Below are positions 48,249 through 56,624 of a stretch of DNA of 64,000 nt, in pieces. The position numbers and the translations under genes were made by a program. Numbering within the stretch: the first letter of the stretch is position 1; every line of letters starts with the position of its first letter. The notes beneath the pieces were generated by a model that saw only the letters and a list, made by a program, of their open reading frames with translations, was not told where the DNA came from and did no database searches. The DNA comes from Bacteroidota bacterium (GTDB lineage: Bacteria; Bacteroidota; Bacteroidia; CAIKAF01): the NCBI GenBank assembly GCA_016866335.1, contig VGMT01000006.1, forward strand, positions 25,778-89,777, written 5' to 3'.

Positions 48249-48863
48249 TTAAAACAAGCCGTTTATTTCGGCATCGATGGAACGAATGATTTGGCCAAAA
48301 TCTTCGGCATTGTCGGCAAAATTGATGTTATCAACATCGATAATCAACAATTTGCCTTCAGAGTAGGTGGTGATCCAAGCTTCGTAGCGTTCGTTTAAGC
48401 GATTAAGGTAATCCAATCGAATGCTGTTTTCGTAATCGCGGCCACGGCGTTGAATTTGATTTACCAGCGTGGGTACGGTAGCTCTAAGATAAATTAAGAG
48501 GTCAGGGGCGCCAATAAACGAGGTCATTAGCCCGAACAAATCCATGTAGTTTTTAAAATCACGGGTTGTCATTAGCCCCATGGCATGCAGGTTTGGGGCA
48601 AAAATATGGGCATCTTCGTAAATGGTTCGGTCTTGAATAACGTGCTTTCCGCTGTTTCGGATATCGACCACTTGTTGGAAGCGTGAGCGAAGAAAGTACA
48701 CCTGAAGGTTAAACGACCAGCGTTGCATGTCTTCGTAGAAATCATTCAAATAGGGGTTGTCGTCGGTATCTTCGAAATGGGCATCCCAGCCAAAATGCTT
48801 TTGCAATTTGGTGGTTAGGGTTGTTTTTCCCGATCCGATGTTTCCGGCTATGGCTACGTGCAT
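48249..48863 (-). CDS. Deoxynucleoside kinase (dCK/dGK family)
   Basis: It has a P-loop 'IAGNIGSGKTTL' and 'IQDRTIYED'. Confidence 0.85.
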   Translation of the reverse strand: MHVAIAGNIGSGKTTLTTKLQKHFGWDAHFEDTDDNPYLNDFYEDMQRWSFNLQVYFLRSRFQQVVDIRNSGKHVIQDRTIYEDAHIFAPNLHAMGLMTTRDFKNYMDLFGLMTSFIGAPDLLIYLRATVPTLVNQIQRRGRDYENSIRLDYLNRLNERYEAWITTYSEGKLLIIDVDNINFADNAEDFGQIIRSIDAEINGLF

Positions 48864-48892
48864 GTGGTTTTTCTAATCTGATAACAAATATG

Positions 48893-49678
48893 CTATTTTT
48901 TAACGGGATTGGAATGCCATTTATAGGTATCTTTTTGCTTGTCAACGAAAAAAACCTGTTGTTCTGGGTTTCTTTTTTTTACCTCGACAGGCCTAGAAGG
49001 GTTGGTAAAAAACTCGATTTCCTGGTCTTCGTTTTGCAGCAAGACCCCCGTTGCTCGACGGTGCAATTCGGTGGTTTCTGAAAAAACCCCCATTCGATGA
49101 ACCGAAATGAGGCCTCCAAAAATATCCCAAATTGAAATGCAACCTGTTGTACTTACTAGGTAAAGCCGATTTTGGTGTTCCATCATCCAGGCAATTTCCG
49201 CTTGGGGGTCTTGAGTCAACCGATGAAGGTTTGGCACTTTAAACTCCACTTTTAGATGCTGGTTTAGGCGAATTAAGGTCATATCTTGCCCCGTAACCAC
49301 CCACAGCCCGTTGTCGTAGCCGCTGCTCACAACGCTGGCTTGTTCCAATTGCATGTCCATTAAATTAATGGCTGTGCTTAAGGCTGCCCCTCGGTTATCT
49401 ACCCACAATAGTTGGCTTTGGTCCTTAAAAAAAACAAGCACCTTCAGTGGATTGTACAGGTCAATGGAATGGATATTTCCCGTTTGCAAAAAACTTTGGT
49501 CAAAAAACAAGGTGTCGTTTTGGTGCACCCTTAAGACTTGTTCACTCCACACCCAAAGCGTTTTTCCCGGGTCAATTTGGTGGCCTTTGATTCCGGCCAG
49601 GTAGCCCTGCCCTGTTTGATTCCAAAGCAAGGAAGTAAACCCCAGCAATACAATGCAACAGGCTATTGGCCTGCGCAT
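48893..49678 (-). CDS. Hypothetical secreted protein
   Basis: It has a signal peptide and no recognisable motif. Confidence 0.45.
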   Translation of the reverse strand: MRRPIACCIVLLGFTSLLWNQTGQGYLAGIKGHQIDPGKTLWVWSEQVLRVHQNDTLFFDQSFLQTGNIHSIDLYNPLKVLVFFKDQSQLLWVDNRGAALSTAINLMDMQLEQASVVSSGYDNGLWVVTGQDMTLIRLNQHLKVEFKVPNLHRLTQDPQAEIAWMMEHQNRLYLVSTTGCISIWDIFGGLISVHRMGVFSETTELHRRATGVLLQNEDQEIEFFTNPSRPVEVKKRNPEQQVFFVDKQKDTYKWHSNPVKK

Positions 49679-51213
49679 GTTCTAAGGGCTTGCAGTTGTT
49701 CAATCCAAATTCGGTCGTTTGACAACCTCGGCACTTTGTGTTGGGCTCCGGTTTTACCCCGGGAACTCATCCAGCGGTAAAACAACCCCTTTTCAACGGC
49801 ATGGATTTGGGGTAGGCCCATGGCAAAATTGCCGGTTCGTTTTGCGTCGTAATCGGCATTCACTTTGCGCAGTTCTGAGTCCAAACGCTCTGCGAAATCA
49901 GGCAGGTTGCCGGGTGCTTCTTCAAATTCAATGAGCCATTCGTGGCCGCCCGGCTGATGAGCAGATTGGAAAATGGGGGCAACGGTAAATTCCCGTATGC
50001 TCGCATGGCATTGCTGGCAAGCTATAGCCAAGGCCGTTTCTGCATTTTCAACCATAAGCTCTTCTCCAAAGGCGTTGATAAAATGTTTGGTTCGACCAAC
50101 AATCCGAAGGCGGTAGGGGCGCAAGGAGGTAAATTCGACCGTATCGCCAATCAGGTACCGCCACAATCCTGCATTGGTGGTTATTACCAAAGCATAGGCC
50201 TTGCCCAACTCAACAGATTCTAAGGGTAGGGCGTGTTCCTCAGGCTGATCCAACTTGTTTAGGGGCACAAATTCGTAGTACACCCCATAGTCGGTCATAA
50301 GCAACATGTCGTTTTTATTTTCCCGGTCTTGCAAGGCAAAGAACCCTTCAGAAGCGTTGTAGGTTTCTAGGTAATGGATTTCGTTTCCTGCCGAAAGGTT
50401 TTGATAAAGAGGTCGGTAGGGGGCAAAGTTGACCGCACCATGAATAAAGAGCTGCAAATTGGGCCAAACTTCGCGCAGTTGGGTTTTTCCTTCCAATTCC
50501 AAAACCCGCTTCAGCAGCACCAGCATCCAAGATGGGACTCCCGATAAAAATGTAATGTCTTCTGGAATAATCGCTTCTGCCAAGCGGTCCAGTTTTTCTT
50601 CCCAGTTGCCCATCAAAGCTATTTCTTTGGAAGGAGCGCGAAAATAATGCATCCACCAAGGCATGTTTTCGAGCAGTACAGCCGAAATGTCGCCGGCTTG
50701 GAAGGGCGAATCGGCCGCGGTATGAAGGCTGCCTGAAAGCACCAAGGATTTTCCTTCAAACAAGGTGTGTTCCGGTTGCCAGGCGTTGTAGCAGGTAAGT
50801 ACATCGCGGCCCCCTTTGTAGTGGCATTCGTCCAACGATTCTTTGGTAACGGGAATAAACTTGCTGCGGTCGTTGGTGGTTCCGCTTGATTTGGCAAACC
50901 AACGTATGGAGCCTGGCCACAACACGTTTCGTTCACCATTCAAACTTCGTTCAATGTAGGGGAAAATGGATTCGTAGCTCCGAATGGGAACCCTATTTCG
51001 AAATTGGTCGTAATCTCGAATGTTTTCAAACATATGGTCCGCACCAAAAAGGGTTTCGCGGCCTTTGCTTAAAAGAGTTTGTAGGGTTTCTGCTTGAAGC
51101 TGTTCTGATTTTTCGGCCGTTTGCTGCAACCTATCCATTCGGGAATCTAGATAGGCTTTAACCATGGCATTGATTACAGACACGGGCAGTTGGTTTTGCC
51201 CAAAGTTAAACAA
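49663..51213 (-). CDS. GH3-family (auxin-responsive-like) adenylating protein
   Basis: It has 'FAKSSGTTNDRSKFIP' and 'YETYNASEGFFA'. Confidence 0.7.
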   Translation of the reverse strand: MFNFGQNQLPVSVINAMVKAYLDSRMDRLQQTAEKSEQLQAETLQTLLSKGRETLFGADHMFENIRDYDQFRNRVPIRSYESIFPYIERSLNGERNVLWPGSIRWFAKSSGTTNDRSKFIPVTKESLDECHYKGGRDVLTCYNAWQPEHTLFEGKSLVLSGSLHTAADSPFQAGDISAVLLENMPWWMHYFRAPSKEIALMGNWEEKLDRLAEAIIPEDITFLSGVPSWMLVLLKRVLELEGKTQLREVWPNLQLFIHGAVNFAPYRPLYQNLSAGNEIHYLETYNASEGFFALQDRENKNDMLLMTDYGVYYEFVPLNKLDQPEEHALPLESVELGKAYALVITTNAGLWRYLIGDTVEFTSLRPYRLRIVGRTKHFINAFGEELMVENAETALAIACQQCHASIREFTVAPIFQSAHQPGGHEWLIEFEEAPGNLPDFAERLDSELRKVNADYDAKRTGNFAMGLPQIHAVEKGLFYRWMSSRGKTGAQHKVPRLSNDRIWIEQLQALRTCAGQ

Positions 51214-51287
51214 ACTTTGAAAAGCGAAAGGGTTAGCACCCTACATGGTTTTGAATCAACAACAAACAGGAACGAAACCAAGGGGCT

Positions 51288-51435
51288 TGGGCCCCGGATT
51301 GAAGCGGCAGTACGCGCGGCAGGGGCGCCGCTAAGTGGGCAGGCGGAGGCGACCTTGGGAGCCCTACGCACTGCCATACTTAGCCCGCCCCTGCGAGCGG
51401 ACTAAAGCTGAAAGCCGGAAAGGCCCCCAAAAAAA
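51288..51435 (-). repeat. GC-rich dispersed repeat, copy G (reverse; the most diverged copy)
   Basis: It reads 'gggccccggattgaagcggcagtacgc...gcggactaaagctgaaagccggaaaggccccc'. Confidence 0.65.
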
Positions 51436-51439
51436 GAAT

Positions 51440-51646
51440 TCAATCCTTTCCCTCTTTGTCTGAAGCCGGGTCAGCCTCTCCGTTTTGGTCGGTCGACTTT
51501 TCGTATTTTGGTTCCTGACCAGGACTGGGAATAGTGGCTCCGTGGTCCGTATAGCGAACGGAATAGCCGGCATCCTTAGAGCCTTTGCATGAAACTAGGC
51601 TTAGGGAAAAAACAAGGGATGCAGCGAACAAAAGACGATTTTTCAT
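51440..51646 (-). CDS. Small lipoprotein (68 aa)
   Basis: It has a lipobox 'SLVSC' followed by a polar tail. Confidence 0.35.
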   Translation of the reverse strand: MKNRLLFAASLVFSLSLVSCKGSKDAGYSVRYTDHGATIPSPGQEPKYEKSTDQNGEADPASDKEGKD

Positions 51647-51693
51647 TTGAAACAAAGATAAGTTGGTCAAAGATAATTAATGGCCAGCATGGA

Positions 51694-53961
51694 TTAATTC
51701 ATTTTTAAAATAACAAATTCGGTTCGCCGATTCAACGCATTTTCCTGTTCAGAACAACGGTATTTGTAATCATCACCGCAACCGCAGTACGCTTGTGGTT
51801 TGTATTCACCATATCCTTTAGGCTGAATTCTCTTGGCCGAGATGCCCTTTTTTTGCATGTAAGCGGCTGCTGATTTTGCCCTTTTAATGCTTAAAGTCTG
51901 GTTGGCCGCTGCGGGACCTTGGCAATCGGTGTGCGAAGCCAGCTCCATGCTCATACCTGGAAATTCATTCAACACCCCAATGATTTTGTCAAGTTCTGTG
52001 GCTGCCTGAGCTGTAATGGCGGCCGAGCCTACCTCAAAGAAAATGGGTTTGATTTCGATGATGGCACCAATGTCGGCCCCTACCTCCAAGCGTCCCATTG
52101 ATACGTCCGATAACTCATGCAATTTTAGCGGATCTTTGTCTTTAATGATGTGGTTGAACGCCACTTGCTTCGAAATATACCCCAATTTTTCTAGGCGAAT
52201 GTCCCACTTTAGGGTATCGAACAAGGTTTGATTGTTCACAATTTGATTGTGGGTTCCGGTAGAAGTGGTCGTCATGGATGCAATGGGTTGACCTGTGCTT
52301 CGTTCCACAATCGTCATTTTAACTCCAGGCAAAGGAAGGCCACTGCGTTTGTCTTTAATGGTGCAAATAATGGGTATGTCTAGGTCTTTTTTAAGAGCAT
52401 GCTTTAAATCCAATTCAGGCATGCCACCTTGGGTTGACACTTCTTGCACCAATGTTTGATAATTGGGCTCGCTGATTTCGGCCGAGTACACATTGCCAAT
52501 CGTTAAGTGCGCTGTGTACAGTCCGTCTGCGTCGCTAAGAACTTCGGCCACCTTATGCCCTTTTTCGTTTACAATGCGAATTAAGGCATTGGGAATTCGG
52601 TTGTGTTGAAATGCGTCAACCACCACCCCTTTAATTTCAACGATGGGCTGAATGGGTTGCAAGGCGCGGACGTGGTAAAGGTCGTCGTTTCCTTTGCCAC
52701 CGGGCCGATTTGAACTTAGGTAGCCTTCGCTGATGGCTTCGTTAAAAACCAGGGCAAAATCGTCGCTGGCCGAATTGTAACCGGGGCCCAAATGAATGGG
52801 TTGGTCAGAATTCAGACCATTGTTTACCGCCACAAAAACGTCCAAGCCCCCCAAACCCGGGTGGCCATCGCTGGCAAAGAAAAGAAGCCCTGAGGAATGG
52901 AAAAAAGGGAAGGTTTCGCGGCCGGGAGTATTGATGCCAGGGCCAGCATTAACCGGGGGTAGCCAGTTTCCGTCAATGTCGCGTTGGCTTACATACAAAT
53001 CAGATTGCCCAAAGCCGCCAGGCATGTCGCTTACAAAATACAACCGTTGACCATCGGGACTAAGGCAGGGGTTTGCCACGTTGTAGTCGACGTGGTTGAA
53101 TGGGAATTTACGGGGCTGCCGCCATTTTTCGTCGTCGGTTTGTGGAGAAAGCCAAATTTCTAGAACCCTTCCTTGTTCTTGGTTAAGCCGTTTTTCATCT
53201 CGGTAGCTGTTTCGGGTAAAAGCCATGAGTTTACCGTTGGCCTGGAAACTAGCCGGACCTTCGTGGTAGCGTCGGTTTAAGCCAGATTCAACCTTCAATG
53301 CCGCAACCCGTTTTAACCTGCCCGAATTTGAAGCGTGGGGTTGAGCCGAATACAGGTTTAAGAATCCCAATTGATTCCAGGCATACTCGTGCCGAATGGG
53401 GGTATGCCCCGACCGGGTGCTGGCAAACACAATTTTGTCGCCCCAATAAGCTGCCCCAAAGTCGCTTTCCTTCGAATTGATGTTTAGGTTGGTTAGTTCG
53501 ACCATTTTCTCTTGGCCTAAAATTTTAGAATGCCAATCTGGGTTAGATTGGTAGGCCGCTATTCGTGCATCGGTGTTTCCAGTTGCATCGGTGGCTGTGG
53601 CTTGAGCAAACAAGGCCTGGGCCTCGGAATAATTCCCCTGCTGCATTAAGGATTGGGCTGCAGGAATCTGGGCCTCTGCCGGCAAATTAAACCGCCCCTG
53701 CAAATCCTTAAAAACCAAAGAAGCTTTTTCGGGTTGGTGGGTTGCAAGGTAGCATTCACCTAGGCGCTGCAGCACATAGGCGTCTTTTTTCTTGTTGGGA
53801 ACCGATTTGTAGGCTCGAATGGCTTCGGGATAGCGCAGGGCTTCCGCGTGCTTGTCGGCCCGTCGAACGGCAGGGTGTTGCCCAAATGCGGTACCCAAGC
53901 CCCCTAAAAGTAGGGCAAGAAGTGCGGGAGCAACGAATAGTGTGCGTTGGCTGTGCTTCAT
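51694..53961 (-). CDS. PorE-like T9SS-associated OmpA-family protein, with TPR, TolB-like beta-propeller, carboxypeptidase-regulatory-like and OmpA_C domains
   Basis: It has a signal peptide. The N-terminal stretch 'EALRYPEAIRAYK...LGECYLATHQPEKA' is TPR-like. 'FASTRSG', 'FVSDMPGGFGQSDLY' and 'SSNRPGGKGNDDLY' are propeller blades. It ends with the OmpA_C signature 'SHTDCQG...NRRTEF'. This four-domain order matches PorE of Porphyromonas. Confidence 0.7.
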   Translation of the reverse strand: MKHSQRTLFVAPALLALLLGGLGTAFGQHPAVRRADKHAEALRYPEAIRAYKSVPNKKKDAYVLQRLGECYLATHQPEKASLVFKDLQGRFNLPAEAQIPAAQSLMQQGNYSEAQALFAQATATDATGNTDARIAAYQSNPDWHSKILGQEKMVELTNLNINSKESDFGAAYWGDKIVFASTRSGHTPIRHEYAWNQLGFLNLYSAQPHASNSGRLKRVAALKVESGLNRRYHEGPASFQANGKLMAFTRNSYRDEKRLNQEQGRVLEIWLSPQTDDEKWRQPRKFPFNHVDYNVANPCLSPDGQRLYFVSDMPGGFGQSDLYVSQRDIDGNWLPPVNAGPGINTPGRETFPFFHSSGLLFFASDGHPGLGGLDVFVAVNNGLNSDQPIHLGPGYNSASDDFALVFNEAISEGYLSSNRPGGKGNDDLYHVRALQPIQPIVEIKGVVVDAFQHNRIPNALIRIVNEKGHKVAEVLSDADGLYTAHLTIGNVYSAEISEPNYQTLVQEVSTQGGMPELDLKHALKKDLDIPIICTIKDKRSGLPLPGVKMTIVERSTGQPIASMTTTSTGTHNQIVNNQTLFDTLKWDIRLEKLGYISKQVAFNHIIKDKDPLKLHELSDVSMGRLEVGADIGAIIEIKPIFFEVGSAAITAQAATELDKIIGVLNEFPGMSMELASHTDCQGPAAANQTLSIKRAKSAAAYMQKKGISAKRIQPKGYGEYKPQAYCGCGDDYKYRCSEQENALNRRTEFVILKMN

Positions 53962-53967
53962 ACCGAA

Positions 53968-54903
53968 TTAAAAATAGCGGGGACTAACCACCTTGTTTTT
54001 GTTTTTGAAATTGAAATCGTAACGAACCATAAGTTCATGGCTGCCAAATTGCCGAATTTGAGCTACGGAATTAAGCGGCCAGTCAAAAGAATAACCAATG
54101 CGCAGTGAAGGAGTTACATACACGCCCAACAGCGGCCCCACTGCAGATTCATGCCGATAAAATCCGCCAACACTGACGCGTTCTGCAAAAACCATTTCCA
54201 ACGAACCTTCCACTTGAAGTGGTGCACCCATAGCCAATTTAATTTGAGTGGCAGGTTTTAAATCAAAACCTGGCCGCACAGGTATGTATCCCCCAGCAAT
54301 CAAGTAAAAATGCCTTGCCTGTTGGGTTGAACTACCGTTAAAGCTGTTTTCCAAAATCCTTGGCATGCTTATTCCTACGTAAGCATTCGTATGGTCGTAA
54401 TAAACACCAAATCCGGCGTTGGGCATGGTGTTCGATAAATCAGTACCAAAAACGGGGTCGCCCGGTTGATCTATGTTCAAGTTGGTCAGATTGTTGTTCA
54501 GAAAATCCATGCCCCCCTTCAAGCCAAATGCCAAGCGATGGCTTTTTCCTAATTCCAGGCGATAGGTAACATTAAGGGCCGCGGCGGTATGAACGGTTGG
54601 CCCCAGCCGGTCATGCACCACATCCAAACCCAATGAAAGGCCTTTGGCAACAGGACTGTGAATTTGTGCGGTATGAGTCATCGGAGCTCCATCAAAGCCA
54701 ACCCATTGCAAACGGCCTAAGGCCAAAACGCTCAGCGCATCGCGGCTGCCGGCATAAGCTGGATTTACACTCAAGGTGTTGTACATGTAATGGGTGTACA
54801 GCGGATCTTGCTGGGCCTTTGCCGTTCCAGCTAAGCCGAACAGAAACAAGGCCAACTGCAAAATGGCAAAAACACAAAAAGAGAATGGATTGTGCTGGCG
54901 CAT
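53968..54903 (-). CDS. Type IX secretion system membrane protein PorP/SprF
   Basis: It has a signal peptide followed by 'QQDPLYTHYMYNTLSVNPAYAGS', and ends with '...HELMVRYDF', the family signature. Confidence 0.85.
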   Translation of the reverse strand: MRQHNPFSFCVFAILQLALFLFGLAGTAKAQQDPLYTHYMYNTLSVNPAYAGSRDALSVLALGRLQWVGFDGAPMTHTAQIHSPVAKGLSLGLDVVHDRLGPTVHTAAALNVTYRLELGKSHRLAFGLKGGMDFLNNNLTNLNIDQPGDPVFGTDLSNTMPNAGFGVYYDHTNAYVGISMPRILENSFNGSSTQQARHFYLIAGGYIPVRPGFDLKPATQIKLAMGAPLQVEGSLEMVFAERVSVGGFYRHESAVGPLLGVYVTPSLRIGYSFDWPLNSVAQIRQFGSHELMVRYDFNFKNKNKVVSPRYF

Positions 54904-54907
54904 GAGC

Positions 54908-56068
54908 TTAACGGTTCAGGTAAATGTATCCGGTCAAGGGGGCGGTTCCGTTGCCCAAATCAAGAATATAGTAATACGTGCCGGTAGGCAGTTCTTCGCC
55001 CAAGGGCAGGGTTCCTTGAACAGCGGTTCCAGCCCAATCGTTTAAATACGGCGCAGCTTCAAGGACCAAGGCTCCCCAACGGGTGTAAATTTTCAAGGAA
55101 TGGTTCGGGAATTCCATTAATCCCTGAATCACGTACAGGTCATTGTAGCCATCTGCGTTCGGCGAAAAGGCTTGGGGAACATTAAAAATATTCGGGCAAC
55201 TCGGATCCATGGGTTTGGGTTCACATGGATTTAAAGGGTCCGATCCCAACGCAAGTTCTTGTCCGTTCAACGTGGAATCGGCATCGCAGTCCAATTGATT
55301 CCAGGCCGATGTCGGGGGAAGGGTTTGCGATGCAAGCACAAAACTGCAGGGGTCAAGGGGGTTGCTGCCGTCGGCCTGTTCTTGCCCGTCGATTACTCCA
55401 TCTCCATCGCTGTCTGGATTTTGTGGATCGGTTCCTATTCCTATTTCAACTCCGTTGGTTAAGCCGTCCGAATCGCAGTCCAACTGCATCCACGCTAGAG
55501 CGGGGGCCAGAATGTTCTGGTGCACAACCAGGTAAGAACAAGGGTTTAGCGGATTGGTAGCGTCGTTCATTTCGGTGCCATCCACCACCCCGTCTCCGTC
55601 GGTGTCGGGATTTAACAGCAGGGTCCCCGCCGCCAACTCTTCTCCATTGGTTAGCCAATCTCCATCGCAATCCAAATCGAACCAGGCGGAACTGGGAGTT
55701 AAACTTTGACTCATTAATTCGAACGAGCAGGGTTTCAAGGGGTCCGAAAAATCCGTGATTTCAACCCCGTCGGGCACTCCGTCTCCGTCGGTATCTGGAT
55801 TCAATGGGTGCGTGCCCAGCTGCAGTTCCTGCAGGTTGGTCAATCCGTCGTTGTCGCAATCCAACACATTCCAAGTGGCCGAGGTTGTTTCTGTTTGATT
55901 GGCTAAAACAAAAGAGCAAGGGTCGTTGGGGTTGGTTCCATCGGCAACCTCTACCGAATCTACCACTCCGTCGCCGTCGGCATCAAAAGCCATGGGCGCA
56001 TCAAAAGCCGAAGCATGCAATGGCAGTGCCGAAAAAACTAAAAGCAGCAAGGCGATTCGCAGGTGCAT
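54908..56068 (-). CDS. T9SS cargo protein with five TSP3-like calcium-binding repeats and a type-B (gliding-motility-associated) C-terminal sorting domain
   Basis: It has a signal peptide 'MHLRIALLLLVFSALPLHASA'. There are five ~75-aa repeats of the form 'DCD.DGLTN..EL..GT.PL.PDTDGDGV.DG.E..D...PL.PCSF'. The C-terminus is '...PNADGYNDLYVIQGL...YTRWGALV...GTYYYIL'. Confidence 0.7.
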   Translation of the reverse strand: MHLRIALLLLVFSALPLHASAFDAPMAFDADGDGVVDSVEVADGTNPNDPCSFVLANQTETTSATWNVLDCDNDGLTNLQELQLGTHPLNPDTDGDGVPDGVEITDFSDPLKPCSFELMSQSLTPSSAWFDLDCDGDWLTNGEELAAGTLLLNPDTDGDGVVDGTEMNDATNPLNPCSYLVVHQNILAPALAWMQLDCDSDGLTNGVEIGIGTDPQNPDSDGDGVIDGQEQADGSNPLDPCSFVLASQTLPPTSAWNQLDCDADSTLNGQELALGSDPLNPCEPKPMDPSCPNIFNVPQAFSPNADGYNDLYVIQGLMEFPNHSLKIYTRWGALVLEAAPYLNDWAGTAVQGTLPLGEELPTGTYYYILDLGNGTAPLTGYIYLNR

Positions 56069-56298
56069 CGAACCGGAAAAGCCTTTAAACCGCAACAAAA
56101 CAGCGAAAAGGCCAACGTTGGATTTGGTGAACATAATACCATTCAGGCATTTAAGTGCCTATGCAAATAAAGTGATAAATTTAATTTTTACCGCCATTCT
56201 GCAAAAGATTAACAGACAAACAATTCCAATTTCTTGCATGCAATTGCATTAAAAACAGGTTAAATTTAAGCTGAACAAGGTAGTTTTGAATCTTGTTT

Positions 56299-56452
56299 TT
56301 ATTTGGGGCGGCTGCGGGCTTTCAGCGCTAGTCCGCAGCCGTTTGCCTGTTGCAGCGGGGGTAAAAGTAGCTCCTGAAGTCGCTCTTTTCCCCCTGCTGC
56401 AGGTCGGGCAATCGGCTTTGCGGGCAAGCGGCTTCAATCCCTGCCGCGGCAC
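56299..56452 (+). repeat. GC-rich dispersed repeat, copy H (forward)
   Basis: It reads 'ttggggcggctgcgggctttcagcgctagtccgcagcc...cggcttcaatccctgccgcggcaccc'. Confidence 0.75.
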
Positions 56453-56624
56453 CCCACTGTTTCTTAAATCTTCCTCTTTAACAGAAAGTTAAGCATAGGT
56501 TAACCGATTGGGTAAAACCGAAATTTCTTTCCTTATGCAACGTTAAAATTATTTTGAATGGAGGTGGTCGCAAAGAAAAAATTTTACCTTTAGCCTCATA
56601 GTTATAACTTTAAAGTATTCGCTG

